From Mytilus californianus (Eukaryota): DNA of 64,000 bases. How positions within the stretch are numbered: position 1 is the stretch's first letter; every line of letters starts with the position of its first letter. The translations under genes were made by a program, and so were the position numbers. Below are positions 26,901-39,985 of the stretch, piece after piece. Where the stretch lies: the NCBI RefSeq assembly GCF_021869535.1, contig NW_026262675.1, positions 1,240,001-1,304,000 of the forward strand, in the 5' to 3' direction. The notes under the pieces are model-generated. The model saw only the letters and a list, made by a program, of their open reading frames with translations, did no database searches and was not told the DNA's origin.

Positions 26901-29900
26901 TACTGTTTGATTTATTTGACATGTCTATTTTTATCGTGCTGATTTTGGCAAGTAGTTTAGTATACCAGATAGCAGATCATGATAGTGCTTGAGTGAGTCT
27001 GTTAGCATTAATTATACTTTGCATGATGATATGGCTGTTACATCGACGTAGATTATATGTATGATTAAGATTATGCTGTTATGTAAAATGGTCCAGTCCA
27101 TCTAGGATGAAGTTTTGGAGTGGCTTACAGGTAGATTCGGTGATTGAATCATGACTATTTCTCCTATCTGTAATGTTGGTTATGTCGTCTCTTTAACATA
27201 AAGTTTAACATGACTTTTTAAGTCCTTATTTAAGTTTTCGGCTGTAATTAAGCTTACATCCATTGGTATGTTCATAAACTCCTGGTAATTGATCTGGTCA
27301 ATCTGACTGATTACCGTCTATTAAGTTCTGAAACTCTGAGATATTGATTTGCTGGTTTTCCCTGGAACAGATTAAGATTGTGGATGATATGAACTAGTGA
27401 AATGTTGTCTACTACAATAAGAACGTGACTTGTCAATCCTGTTTATACAAAGCTTCGAGAATGTGTCCATTATTGGCATTGATGTTTAGAGGAACTAGTT
27501 TTGCATGCGTTGTTTGTTATATTGGATTGGATTATTGAGATGGATAGCAATGTTTTATCAAATCTGCGAGTTTCTGATACATGCCTGGAAAATAAGTCTT
27601 CTATAGCATGGCCTAGTAGGTCATGTCAAATCCCAAGCGAGCTGTTTAATAAAATAAGCATCTTTCTTTTTCCATCTTGATCTTAATGTTGGTTGACATA
27701 AGTGATAAAGTACAGCATCTCGTAGACCGTATTGATTGGTTTCAGTTAGTGTCTTGTGTCTTGTCTTTGTTGTCAGGACTTTTCCATTATGAAGGTAGGC
27801 ATTAATGTCGTCCAAGTCAGGACTCTCTTGTGTATTTTACTAATGTCTTGAGGCATTTCATATTCTTCTGAGTCTTTTGTTATTATAGAAACTAATTGTT
27901 TTGGCCTCGCTAGATATCCATTGTACATAAATATTGCTTCTACGGACTCAGGTCTTTCTTGTAATTCATTCACTTGGATGTTTGGTATGACATCTTCCTC
28001 AGTTTTAGTATGTTGTGGGTATTTTCTTCTCAATATGGCACCAGCATTTTTATTGTTTTCTCCTTTGTGGTGACTTATTTTGAAGGTATATCACTGGAGA
28101 AGAACTGCCAATCTGGCTAATCGACCGGTTGATTGCTTAAGTTTGGTAAAGTATGTCAATGCATTGTGATCTATATACATTTTGAACTTGTTGCTAGCAA
28201 GATTTAAATGATTTGTGGTAATACCATCTACTACTGCAATGCATTCTTTTTCACTTATGTTCCATTTTTGTTCTGCAGCTGACAAGGGTTGATCTGCAAT
28301 TATATGATATGACTCTTTCTCTACCTTTGACATCCAGTTGCCCTAGTATATAACCGGTTGCATGACCACTAGCATCTGTTGTGAGAATAAATGGTTTTGA
28401 AAGATCTGGATATGCTAGAACTGGTGCTGTTGTCAATGCAGTTTGTATAGCTAAGAATGCTTTTTGACATTGTTCACCCCACTTAATTGGTACGTCCTTT
28501 TGAAGTAATCGTTTTGATGACAAGTATATGTAACTGCAATTTTTTATGAATTTTCTATTAATTGGAAAGTTCTAGAAAGCTAAGAACTCGAGTCTGATTC
28601 TTTAATGTCAGTAATTTTTTTTACGTTCTCTACTTTTGAAATTTCTACTTAAATCCTATCTTTTTAAATTTCGTGACCGAAGTACATAACTTCTTTTTGC
28701 GCAAATTTGCATTTATTTGGTGTTAGTGTTAATTTAGCTTCGGTGAGTCTATCAAATATTAGTTTATAGTGCTATAAATGTTCTTCAAAGTTTTATTGAA
28801 TACTAAAATATATTCAACCTACACTAATGGAATTTGATAATGTAGTTCTTTAAGCACTTGCGGAAGAAGGTACTGGAAACTTTGTGTTGCTGAAGTTATT
28901 CCGAATGACATTCTTGTCCACTGATATAATCCTCCTGGTATAATAAATAATCCTTATGAGCTGTTTATGTGTGACTTCCGCTCTGCCAGTACCCAATCAT
29001 CATGTCTAAGGTACAAAATTTACTAGCGTCGGTATTACCTAGTTAGTCGAAAACATCATCAAGGTGTTGTCATTGAAAAAACATTGGCTCTTACATAGTG
29101 TTGAACAAGCGATAATCACAACTAAACCGTAGCTGTCCTCCTCTAATTTTGCACATTATCACTGGTGTCCAATCGCTGTTGGTATATTTTGTATACCATG
29201 TTGTAACATCTCGTCTATCTGTTTGTTCATTTCTCGGTGTAAATGTTGAGACTGGTCTATAAATTCGCTTGCGAATAGGTAATGCGTTTACTGTATAAAT
29301 TTTGTGTGTTTATAAATGAGTGTGACCAATTCATCAAAACAAGTATGTGGCGATTTAACGGTATAAAACGTTTCCAAAATATGTTTTTGTTTGCTGCTGA
29401 GATCTGTTTCATTAAAGTCTAGATCAATGACTAGTAGTTAATCCTGTGTTGTTTTGATATTGTTTGATTGCAGATTCTTGCCTATGTTATTTTGAATCAA
29501 ACTATGTAAAGATGATTGCTCAATTGAGCCTGCAGAAGTGATAATAGCATTTGCTGGCAGAAATACTGGGTTTTCATTCGGATTCATGATACGCATCATT
29601 GCTTTGTTGTTTTGACGAATTTTAGTATTGATTTTGGTTCCATTTAGTTGGTACTGTTGCAGTGCATTGTTCGGTTTGAATGATGATTATTTCGCCTACT
29701 TTCTGGTTTGATTCTGACCGGTATGTCATTAAAGTTGAGTGGTGGTTTTGTTGTCGGTTTTACCGTCCTTGCAAGACCAGCATTTAAAAGTCAATACAGT
29801 GTATTCGATTTTCTTGTCATTGTCTGGTATGTAAAGTGTTTGTTTATTCAAGTCAATACTGACCTTGTTTTTCCTGTAGTAAGTCCAGACCTAAAATCAA

Positions 29901-29982
29901 TTGCTGGTCCTAAATTGGAAATTTCCACAAAAAATCAAGATTGCCAACATCGATAGGAAGTTTAAAAAAAACAATAATAGTA

Positions 29983-30540
29983 CTGTAAACTAGGTAAATT
30001 TCGCGCCGGCTATATTCCGATTTGCCCATTGAATCTAAATTCCCGCCATTTTGAATTCGCGATTGATGGGTGTCCTTTTCAAAATTTAATCAATGATTTT
30101 AAAACGCTACAGTAGTGCATCGTAAATCAAGTATTCAAAATCGACAATTAAAATGTTTCTTGTCTAAACAAAGTGTACTGTTGAGTTATCGTCGGTTCAT
30201 TCATGCACATGGAGATTTTAGGTTATTTGATTCATATGAAGTAAAATTCAACCTCTACATTTATGTTTGCTTGTGAAAACACAAAAATTATGATGATTTT
30301 TATTTGAAATCAACTGTCATGAGTTAAAATTTTGGAATCCTGATATTGCCCTTCATTTAGAAAAAAAGTCTGTAAAATCGTTTTTATAATTTGCCCCAGT
30401 CCATAAACCGATTGATTTAGGTTCATGTATGTCCTCATCCTTTGAGTCAGTTTTCCTTGAAATATTCACGGAAGTTTAATTTTCGCGTTTTAACTCTTAC
30501 CGCAAAAATAAAACTGCCGCGAAAATGTCCCTGTTTATAA
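29983..30540. mobile_element. Tc1/mariner-type MITE inserted in the Gypsy protease
   Basis: TA|ctgtaaac...cgcg and cgcgaaaat...gtttataa|TA. Removing it restores ...GVGGELHTII...LPIDVGNL... in the protease frame. Confidence 0.75.
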
Positions 30541-31900
30541 TATGCAATTCACCACCAACTCCTACACAGGCATGTATGTTGGAGTGTTCGATGTATGTGT
30601 CTTCTATGTAAAACTGTTTTGATAATGATAAGGAACAGTAACTGATGGCTGCTCAAGTATCAACCAAGCATTTTATTCCGTGGTTTTGTATGTGTACTGT
30701 GATAGCGTTCCTATTAAGAGTACTAATTAAATGAACTGTTTGTTTTTGGTGTTTCAGTATGTAGTGATGAGTAGTTTTGCCTGTCTTGTCTACCCAACTT
30801 AATTTATCAATTGTCAAATGTTGTCTTTGTGTGTTAGGTTGTTCGCACACAGAAGCAAAGCGGCACCAAATACCACAATTATCTCATTTAAAAGCTGGTC
30901 ATTTATCTCTACAAAACTTACCAAATCCACGACATTTTTTCTGTTCAGGAGCACCATGTTGTTGATTTTCTTTTTCTTTGTTGTTTGCCCAAATGGTCAG
31001 CTTCGTTGTTCCACTGTAATCTGTCACTGGACCACTGTCTTTGTTGTTGTCTCCTTGTCTTCTATTTTGTTGAAATTGTTCTACAGCGTTTACTTCTCTC
31101 TTAATAGCAGACTTCATGGACGTCATTAGGGTGGCGCACACTTCGTTCGTATTTTGTGGTGTTGGTGTTAGTGTTTAACATTCTGTTATTGATGTTGCGA
31201 GATTAATTGCTTCTTATGGCTCTTCAAATGTTTATGGTAATTTACAAATGGTTTTTAATTTGTCAAAGCCCATTTATTGCTAAGCAAATGGTGTCATGTT
31301 CAGGCATGTCAGTGGCATTAAATGCAGACTGACATACCCTTGCAATATAATCATTCCCAATGTCATTTACATTGTGCTTGACAGTATACAGTTTGGTGAT
31401 GATGGTATGATTTGAAAATCTTAAAAAAGCCCAGGCTCCCTTTGGTGTCTGGTGAGAGTGTGTAAAGCTACAAACCTGCCTGACCAGTTTGAAAGAAATG
31501 CAAATGGTCAATTGCCTTTTGGTCTGAAAATTTTGTAGACTTTTGATATCTTTCGAAGTGTGACCATTATAAATTTGAACTCGTGTCTTCTCGTCAATAA
31601 ATTAAGACAAATCAACTTGCTGCCTAGCTGCCATTTTTTCATCCTGCAATGCTTTAGTACCTAGTTCTGTATTCTCTGTGACGTCAGGAACTTGTTCAAA
31701 ATCTTCGGGTATCACTTCCAGTTGGTATTCTATTTCTGGTAAGTTATTTGCAGTGTCTGCTTGGATTGATCTGTTTTCGGATAGTTTGAAGGTTTTGCAC
31801 CAGTAAAGATGCCTCCTTTTGACATTGGTTCCCAATGAGCCAAACAGGATCGTTTGATCTTCAAACAATTGTGAAAACGGATTTCGATATTGGGGGAGAG

Positions 31901-32449
31901 AAAGGAGTATGGCCACGAAGGCCTTAAACTAGCCCAAAAAATCAAACGTTGTATGTTAAATACATATGTTAAAACCTATGTTAATGATCTTAAATATGCA
32001 AAATTTAGATAAACTAGACATTTTTATTGTCTGCTGTTTGTGATAACAATGTTAACAGCTTCAAAAGTATGATATTTCAAGTTTTTAGCCAAATTGCCTG
32101 TTTTTATGCATTTGTAAGGTTTGTTTCCATCTGAAAAAACACCCTTCGACCAAAAAGAAAATTGTTATAAAAGATGTATATGGTCAGATACACATCCAAA
32201 CAAAAAAAATATGGTGTCGTTTCAAGCAAACTCTATTAAGATTTATACAAAAATAGTCAAAATTATTATCTTTCTTCTTTCGAGTGCACAATCATGACAT
32301 CAAAATTGCTCTAATACATCTGAGCTTGTTGAATTTGGATTTGTCATATATGTTTGTCATATTCTGTCACCAAATTTTTATTACTAAACATGTGTTTAAT
32401 TTCACGGAATCGTAGGGAAAATAGGGACCCTTCGTGAACATACTCCTTT
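31901..32449. mobile_element. MITE with ~21-bp TIRs
   Basis: aaaggagtatggccacgaagg versus reverse complement aaaggagtatgttcacgaagg (19/21). TSD not resolved. Confidence 0.65.
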
Positions 32450-33564
32450 TTTTCTGAAGAGAAAATGAACAATGCATGCGAAGATTCTATACTTCACAAG
32501 TTCTGGTCAAAGTATCCTGAGTGATTAGAATATACAAAACCACGGTATTCATTACACTATCCAGAGCTTCAGGTAAAGATTGGTTAGAGAAACATCTATT
32601 CAAAATCAAGGCGTGGTAGTCATATTTACCTGCGGGACCCCGCTACAAGTATGTAATAACATCTTCACCTAGATACAAAAATTGTACCTTGTCGCATAAG
32701 AATACACGTAAGAGATTTTTTTCGCCACAGTTCATTGTCTGATGGCTTAATTGTATAATCATTATTTGACTGATTAATCAATAAGTTGATTTATGGAATA
32801 TATTTTAAAGTAAATTATATGTGTTATATGTATGATACATGATCAGACAAGAAATTTGTGAAATTACGAATAGTTAGAGTAATAAATTTCTTCGTATTAA
32901 AAATGTGAATAAGATACTGTAATTTTAGCGAGCGATTAATTTTCGTGACTTGCGCGAGTAGAAAAATGACGCGAATATAAAGTATGTAGGTCCAAATTTA
33001 CACTGTCACTAATCCATACTGTGAGATGAGCTATTTTTACGAGAGAGAGAGAAGAACAAATATGACAGACATGAACCAACGACAATCACTGACATGAATT
33101 GTGTAATAACTAAATGTTAAAACTTAAAATCAGGAGAACATTACACCTTAAAAAAAGTTATTTATAGTCAGTTAACAAGACTACATCAGCAAGCTCTCCT
33201 GACTGGGAACAGGAATGACACATTCGGTATAAAGTAAAATAACAAAAATACCGAACTCCAAGGAAAATTCAAAACGGAAAGTATGTGACAGGTTGGCAGT
33301 TTTATAATTCTTAGATATTTAGGTAGAACTTAATAATGCAGAATTCCAGAATACCGAATATATCATCATTCACTTTTACAGTACTATAAATATACTTATC
33401 ATAGATACCTGGTAATAAGAGCGCAATGACAAATCTACTTAGTACTATCATGGACCCGGTTCTTAGAATAGTGAGAGAACTGAAGTTAGAAGCAGAAAAT
33501 CGGGGAATACCAAGTTAATTTCTAAACGGACTTCAAAATTTAGATGATCCGATAACGGTTTGTT

Positions 33565-34270
33565 TTATAAACGGATTTTTTTTATTTTTATTAATATTGG
33601 GGATAAAATAAAACAAAGAGATTGCAGGGTAGACGTCAACGAAACAACAGCCAGGTAAACGTCTGTTACCTTTATAGTAGTATTCATTAAATAATCATCA
33701 CTTAGTCTTAAGTGATTAGTAAGCGTCTCGTATGTATATCTAAAGCATTTAACTGCATCAACGATGATGTTCAAAGATCTAACATCAATAATGAATTCCG
33801 TAAATGAAAAAAAAATCGTAATGAGACAAACAATAACGATATTCGACACAGGCAATTATAATGCGGCAAGTTTCAATACTTATGTTAAATCTCTCATCTT
33901 GGAATAAATGAAACCGTTGAAATACTAAAAAAACCATATTCTCCAAACACGTTATCTCAAAATAACGATATGACAGACAACAAAAGTACATCTACATGAA
34001 ACATAATACCAGGTAAACCCATTTTAAAAACAGAAACAATATACACTATCATCCGTTGTTTAACATAGATCAAGATTTCATCCGTGTGCGATTTTATTTA
34101 AGAATTTAATGCTTCTTTTTGTTATTTTATTGGGGAGGAAAAGCGCTGACCGAAGCACATTTTGTACAAAGCGATTCATATAATGACAGTTGTAAGCTAC
34201 AATCATAAAATTGCGAGTTAAATCAAGTGTTTCGCTTGTTTTTGTTATGCATTGTTCTAATTTTTTCAAA
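33565..34270 (-). pseudogene. Probable family-2 (adhesion/Methuselah-like) GPCR 7TM relic
   Basis: Interrupted hydrophobic frames resembling TM4-TM7: KMGLPGIMF...VFGEYG, LPVSNIVIVCLITIFFSFT, YLAVVSLTSTLQSLCFILS (cf. the family-2 TM7 SLQG motif). Assignment by motif resemblance only. Confidence 0.4.
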
Positions 34271-34595
34271 GATAGCAGGTGAGGTCAACGTTGCATTTTA
34301 TACAGAAACAAAATTTTATTTCTGGAATGCCTCAGCCAATCAAAATAACGGAATTGCATGAAACTCCTGTGTAAACTAATTATTAGATATTGCTTTTAAA
34401 CACTTAAAACATTTGGTGGGGCACAACCAAACCATAAACTCAGTGGAAAAAGCACTATCAAATATATGAACAGAAATTAAACAATTACTAGCCACACTGA
34501 TCTGTGTCAACACTTGTAACCTTTACAAAATATAGATGTTCAGGACTTGGATTAAACATTGATTTTGAAAAATTGAAAATGTATAAAAATCTCAG

Positions 34596-37557
34596 TCTGA
34601 ATGTTCGTTTAGTAAAAAAGTAATCAAAGACACTTTAGATTATCCATGGCAACAGGAGTTTGATGAAGGAAAGACAAAAATGAATATTAAAGCCATCATG
34701 CTGTCTGGAAATCTCGAAAGTACGTGTATTACATAGATGTTTATCTTACTGCAGTATTTGTACATTTTAAAAACGTACTTTGCATTCTTTTTTTGTCTTT
34801 TATACACTGTCCTGTCCTATTAAATGGTTCAATAGCTTCCTTGTAAGCAGCTACTGTCTTTATCAACATAACAATGAAACTATGATAACAAAACTACAAC
34901 CTTTGAAAATTGGGAATATCACGGCATCTATATGGAAATTACATAATAAGTTGTGAAATTAGAATATCTGTAAACTACTGTTAGTTAGTAGGCTCTTAAT
35001 TATTTATTTCCTTATAAACAAAATAAAACGATATTATCCGACATTTTTGAAGCATATATAATGCAAAATCGAGAAACTCACCTAACACAACGTTTCGGGT
35101 TGGACTATACAGCAAACGGACGACACTTTGAAGATTCCAAATAAAATTATATCTAAGGTCATATCTTTTCACACAGATGTATATTTTTAAAAGAAAATCA
35201 ATCTGTAAAAGATAGATAGTTTCTGCAAAATGGGCCCATCATGTCGAAGGACGGAAGTTCCATGGATAACACTGGTAAAACCAATTGCGAAATTTTGGAT
35301 TTTCTACCCGAGGAATAGGTTACCTTAGCTATATTTGGCAAAACCTTTCGGAACTTTTGGGTCCTTAATGTTCTTCAACTTCGTACTTTATTTGGCCTTT
35401 TTAACTTTTTTTATTCAAGCGTCACTGATGAGTTTTTTTGAAGACGAAACGCGCGTCTGGTATATATGATGAGTTTATCTATCATGCAACAGGCCTCAAT
35501 GTTGAACGTAAAATGACACACTATCTACAAGTGGCTATGAGTTAAACATACCAGTTCCGACAGGACGTTGCTCTAAAATCAAAATTGTCAAACTGCATGT
35601 AATATATTTTTTTCTTTTTCTTATAGTAGTTTAATATTTGAACTTTTAAATTTTAGTATTAGTAGAATTTTTCTGATTGTTAATTCAGTCATTAGTTAGA
35701 AACGCAGTTAAATTGAGAGCTTTTAAATATCAATGTGTTCAAAACTGTTTCTTCTTTACAAACCACAGGTACAAAAATTTGTCATTTTGTTTGTTTTCTT
35801 GGAAGTTAATTTCCCAGGAATATACTATCTCATCGATTTTTATAGTATACTAGTATATATTTACCAATTTTGCAAAGGGTCTCAATGTTACCAGAAAACA
35901 TCATTAAAATGGTGGAGAACAAAATTGTATGGCCAGTAATTTCATTTGTAGGCTATGTACTGAGATTCTTCATTAACGCATCAGGGGCGAAACGGGTACT
36001 TGATGTCGGTATGTTTACCGGATGCAGTGCTCTTTGTATGGCCGAAGTGTTGCCGATTGATGGCACTGTTGTTACATGTGAAATCGACCCATATTTGGAA
36101 GATGTAGGACGTAAACTATTAGACAAGTCGCCACATGGTAAACAAGTCGAAATTTTGGTTGGTACGTATATTAACATACTTTGTATTTATACTATGTAAA
36201 TAAGTTGAAATTTTTGGATGATAAGTATAACACATACTGTTTATATATGTATGTAACGACATATTTAAAATAATTACTTTTAATTTAAGGCAAATTGAAA
36301 ATATAAATTGGAACCTCTTTTCTTATAAACTTCCATGTAATAAAAATATCAATCTTTCAGGACCAGCAATGGATATTTTAACTGACCTGACTAAAAGAGG
36401 ACATACATTTGACTTTATCTTCATTAACGCAAATAAAGATCAATGTGCATGTAAGTCATAGTAACATCAAAAGTCAATGTGCAAATGAATTAAATATGTC
36501 TATGTTTAATTCAAAATGGTCGCGTGATTTCAAATTTTATGCTCTTCAATGTAATTGATTTAATTGAATTAAAAAGCCGTTAGAACTGCAAAATAAAAAT
36601 AGACTCTAAGCTAAAATAATGATAAAAACAAATGATTAAAAGGTTACTAGTACTTTAACGTAACAGACGGAACCGATATAGTTTACATTTAGATAAATAT
36701 CAATATTCCGTTCTCTTTCCCTCGATTGTGGCATTACCGAATGAGAATTACCATCGCATATTTACTAGCATTAGCAACACAACGGCTAATTTCACTCGAG
36801 TTTTGGGAAGGGGATTGTATAACGAAATCTGTAGTTTTTGTGTTTAATATTTTCTTATTATTATTTGGCTTTATATCATTGTTCTTTTGACCATATTGTC
36901 ATTCTTTATTGGACTTCTTGTTTTTGTTGCTCCCTTGGTGCCCTCTGTTTTTATTGTTTATTAGTCATTGAAACACGGAATGATGCATAACGTCGAACTC
37001 CGTACAGTGATCGTTTCCGTTCCGGAACTTTTTTCCTTTACTCCATCACTTAGTGTAGAGTAGTATGCGGATCGGAGCTGGAACTGCCGGGGAGTTTGGC
37101 ATAACGTAATATGTTTTTCTGATTTAAAGAATAACGATGCATGTATAAAATACACCTATGAGGGCGTTATTCACCAAGATATTATTGTCAATGCAGAATG
37201 ATATTCTTCAATAAATTAAGAGGGGGTCTTACAGGGATTTGACCATATATATAGAAAAGCATGATTAATGCAGGGTAACCAATTTCATTTAACGACATAT
37301 TGGTGTAAATATAAAGGCAGCGACCAATATTACAAAAATAAAGAAATTACAAATTATAATTCACATATGAGAACTTTTTACATATCTTTTTGTATTTGTT
37401 TATTTAGATTTGTTTTGAGGACCTCCTTGCACCTAAAGGTACTATTACACTAGATAACGCTTTGTATTTCGATTTGCCATATCTGTCTGGTACAGATCTT
37501 AACCACGGAATCATTGTATGTAATAACAGGATAGTGTCCAAAGAAGATATTTATCAT
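34596..37557 (+). pseudogene. COMTD1/caffeoyl-CoA-type O-methyltransferase (Methyltransf_3-like), probably pseudogenised; exons ~34596-34719, 35952-36161, 36361-36450, 37408-37557
   Basis: Exons give PWQQEFDEGKT...MLSGNLE|, AKRVLDVGMFTGCSAL...CEIDP (SAM motif I), GPAMDIL...FDFIFINANK| and LLAPKGTITLDNAL. The phase mismatch between 36450 (phase 1) and 37408 (phase 0) breaks the frame. A tentative first exon at 33426 has an in-frame TAA; a tentative last exon at ~37720-37770 is frameshifted. Confidence 0.75.
35419..35463 (+). ncRNA. Minimal type I hammerhead ribozyme (partly degenerate), at the end of a ~200-bp repeat unit starting ~35280
   Basis: GCGTCA-CTGATGA-GTTT/ttttga/AGAC-GAAA-CGCGCGTC-TGGTAT. 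Core intact; stems I and II weakened. Confidence 0.7.
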
Positions 37558-37849
37558 GTAAAAAGAGCTTACCCTATTCAAGATGCTTTGTTTTTACATG
37601 TTATTTGTTATTTTAACAAAGAAAAATTGTATGCTAAAGAAATGATTATACCTGTTACCCATAAAATAGCATACATTACTTCAATGTGTATTCCGTTCTT
37701 TCAACAGATATATATTACAGATCACTGTTTTTGACTCCGTGGTAATCGGCGCTATAATTTATGAATAAAAGGAGTTGTATGATAAATATGAAGTAGGCAA
37801 TCGTTCTAAGCAAAGAAAGATAACTAATAAAAATCAAACTGTCATCAAC

Positions 37850-38440
37850 ATCAAAATTTCAGAAGTATGTCTCCTATCGCCTACATCTAGAAATTGACAA
37901 TAAGGATCGGTTGAGAACAAAACTACAAACGGAATGATTTAGATTCTCAATTGATAACTTTTCATTTTATATAGCAGCATTCCTGCAGCGACTGCATTTG
38001 GAGTATATATCTCCCAGTCGACACGATAATTCAAAGCTTGTGTCCTTTAAAAGAGGGTTCTGCTTACAAGGAAGCTATTCAACAAGGTTTCCAAGTGGTA
38101 AATTAAAGTCATTCCTGAAAACGTTTCACGGACGCCCTCACGAGTTGGATGACCGTTCTCCAATATTTATGTCACATATGACCACAGATATGTTCCAATT
38201 ATCGTGACCTTAATCTTGTCTTCTTTTTCTCGATTGTGACCTCACAGAATAACACTCACAAACGATTTTGTATTGACCACTAGCAACATGATGGGTATCA
38301 CTAGTAAAGCAAGATCTGTTTACCCTTCCGGAGCACCTGAGATCACCCCAGGTTAATATTGCTCGATCTTTGTTTTATGTAGTGTTTTGTGTATTTGTTT
38401 GTCTCTTCGTCTTCGTTCTTTTTTTGTCATACCGTTGTCA
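37850..38440 (+). mobile_element. Penelope-like element RT 3' fragment and trailing repeat
   Basis: Degenerate frames LEID...LRTKL and AFGVYISQ..R*FKAC...LKSFLKTFHGR, typical of PLE-type RT C-termini. Confidence 0.7.
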
Positions 38441-39624
38441 CTACCTATGAGCAATACCATATTCAACAATGCTCGCAATTACTAACAGAAAGCTTTTATG
38501 CAATTTTAACATTTAAGCTCGTAAAAATAGAGCTTTTTCGTCAACCTGAACTTGATTCAACAATGCTCATTTAGAAGAAGTATTGTCAGTAGGCTTCTGG
38601 TGAAATGTGAACTCGTTTATTTCCTATTACATCCGCTCTATGTATGTCCATGCAGCAAATCCTTACTGTCTGTGAATTATAGGTACAGCACAGAGTAAAC
38701 TTTTCTTCTGTTCTTCTGTTTTAAATAAGAAGTGATGTTATCGTTTTTATCGCAAAAGAATTATACATTTTTGAAAGTAACTCTTAGTACTATAAATTAT
38801 CTTATAGGTGCAATATGCAACCGATTCTCTTTCATCCTCCTTTTTCTTATGTTTTGAGGAATCATCGAGTGTATTCATGCGCCGAAACAATGGTGCCCTA
38901 CTTTCTATTTTTAGGTTAGAATTCCTTCTGTTGATATGACGTAATTGGGGAAAATCTCAGAATTTATGAAGATAAGTATTTATTTTATAAAGTTTTACTT
39001 AAAATGTTTACTTTAATGGTTTATTGACGGATGAAATCGTTTAACTGTACGATATTCGGTGTGAATTGTTGCAAACTGAACATTTACTATTAAAGCTGCA
39101 TTATCTTTCAAATTCATGTTCACCTATTTGACTAAAGTTTTCATCTTTTAAATACTAAAACGTGTATCAAAATTACAAAAAAGACCTAAAGAAACAAAAA
39201 GCAATGCATTGACTCGTTCTAATGTATCAGCTTTTTGTGTTTGTTTTAGACTAGACGCCATCTAATTAACTGTCGACATGACCTCCGATGAATGTCGATA
39301 GTCCTTTGACGCGATGTTAACATAAATATTAAAATAAATACACAGACAAGCACATACAATCGTATAATAACCCCTTTTCTCGGTCTGTTTGATTTCATGT
39401 CATGCGCAACCCATCTCCATCTAAGTGATAAATTGGAGGTCACATGAATATGAGGTTGAATGTTTGATTTTAAAGCCAATAATAAATCAGCGATGTTAAT
39501 GAGATTATTTTGACAAAAGTGAACCAAACTGATTGCTAATAGACAAATATCATTTTAATATTCAGCTTTGGTTAAGTTTGGAAAAAAGTCATCGTTTTAT
39601 TTTTGTCTAAATCGGAGCTAATGC

Positions 39625-39985
39625 CCTTTAAAAGACTAATTTCAGGTTAGGGTAAAGGTTGGCGCCTGTTAAAACGTTTGAACCCGCTGCATTTTTATGC
39701 ACATGTCTTAAGTCAGGAGACTCTTGTTCAGTGGTTGTCGTTTGTTGGTGTGGTTCATAAATGTTTCTCGTTTCTCGTTTTTTTTTATATAAATTAGACC
39801 GTTGATTTTCCTGTTTGAATAGTTTTACACTAGTCTTTTTGGGGCCCTTTATAGCCTGCTTTTCGGTGTGAGCCAAGGCTCCGTGTTGAAGGCCGTACTT
39901 GGACCTATTATTGTTTACTTTTTACACATTGTGACTTGGATGGATAGTTGTCTCATTGGCACTCATACCACATCTTCTTATTTAT
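39625..39985 (-). mobile_element. Dominant interspersed repeat, subfamily A
   Basis: Reverse complement of the 20479/25395 copies. Confidence 0.85.

Larger units (their letters stand above)
24130..31900 (-). mobile_element. Decayed Ty3/Gypsy LTR retrotransposon with env (gag ~31640-30900, PR ~30720-29850, RT/RH ~29300-28090, INT ~27820-26980, env ~26900-24130)
   Basis: Hand translation gives: gag DYIARV...ICLAINGL; protease CLVDT*AAIS...LILGLDLL; RT QIDEMLQHGI...LRFSCDYR...LDMMIGYWQ...WTRMSFG; RNase H TAPVLAYPDLSKPFILTTDASG...EKECIAVV...DHNAL; integrase FPGMYQ...C and PKLHPRWTGPF (GPY/F). The order PR-RT-RH-INT is Gypsy-type. Many stops and frameshifts. Confidence 0.9.
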
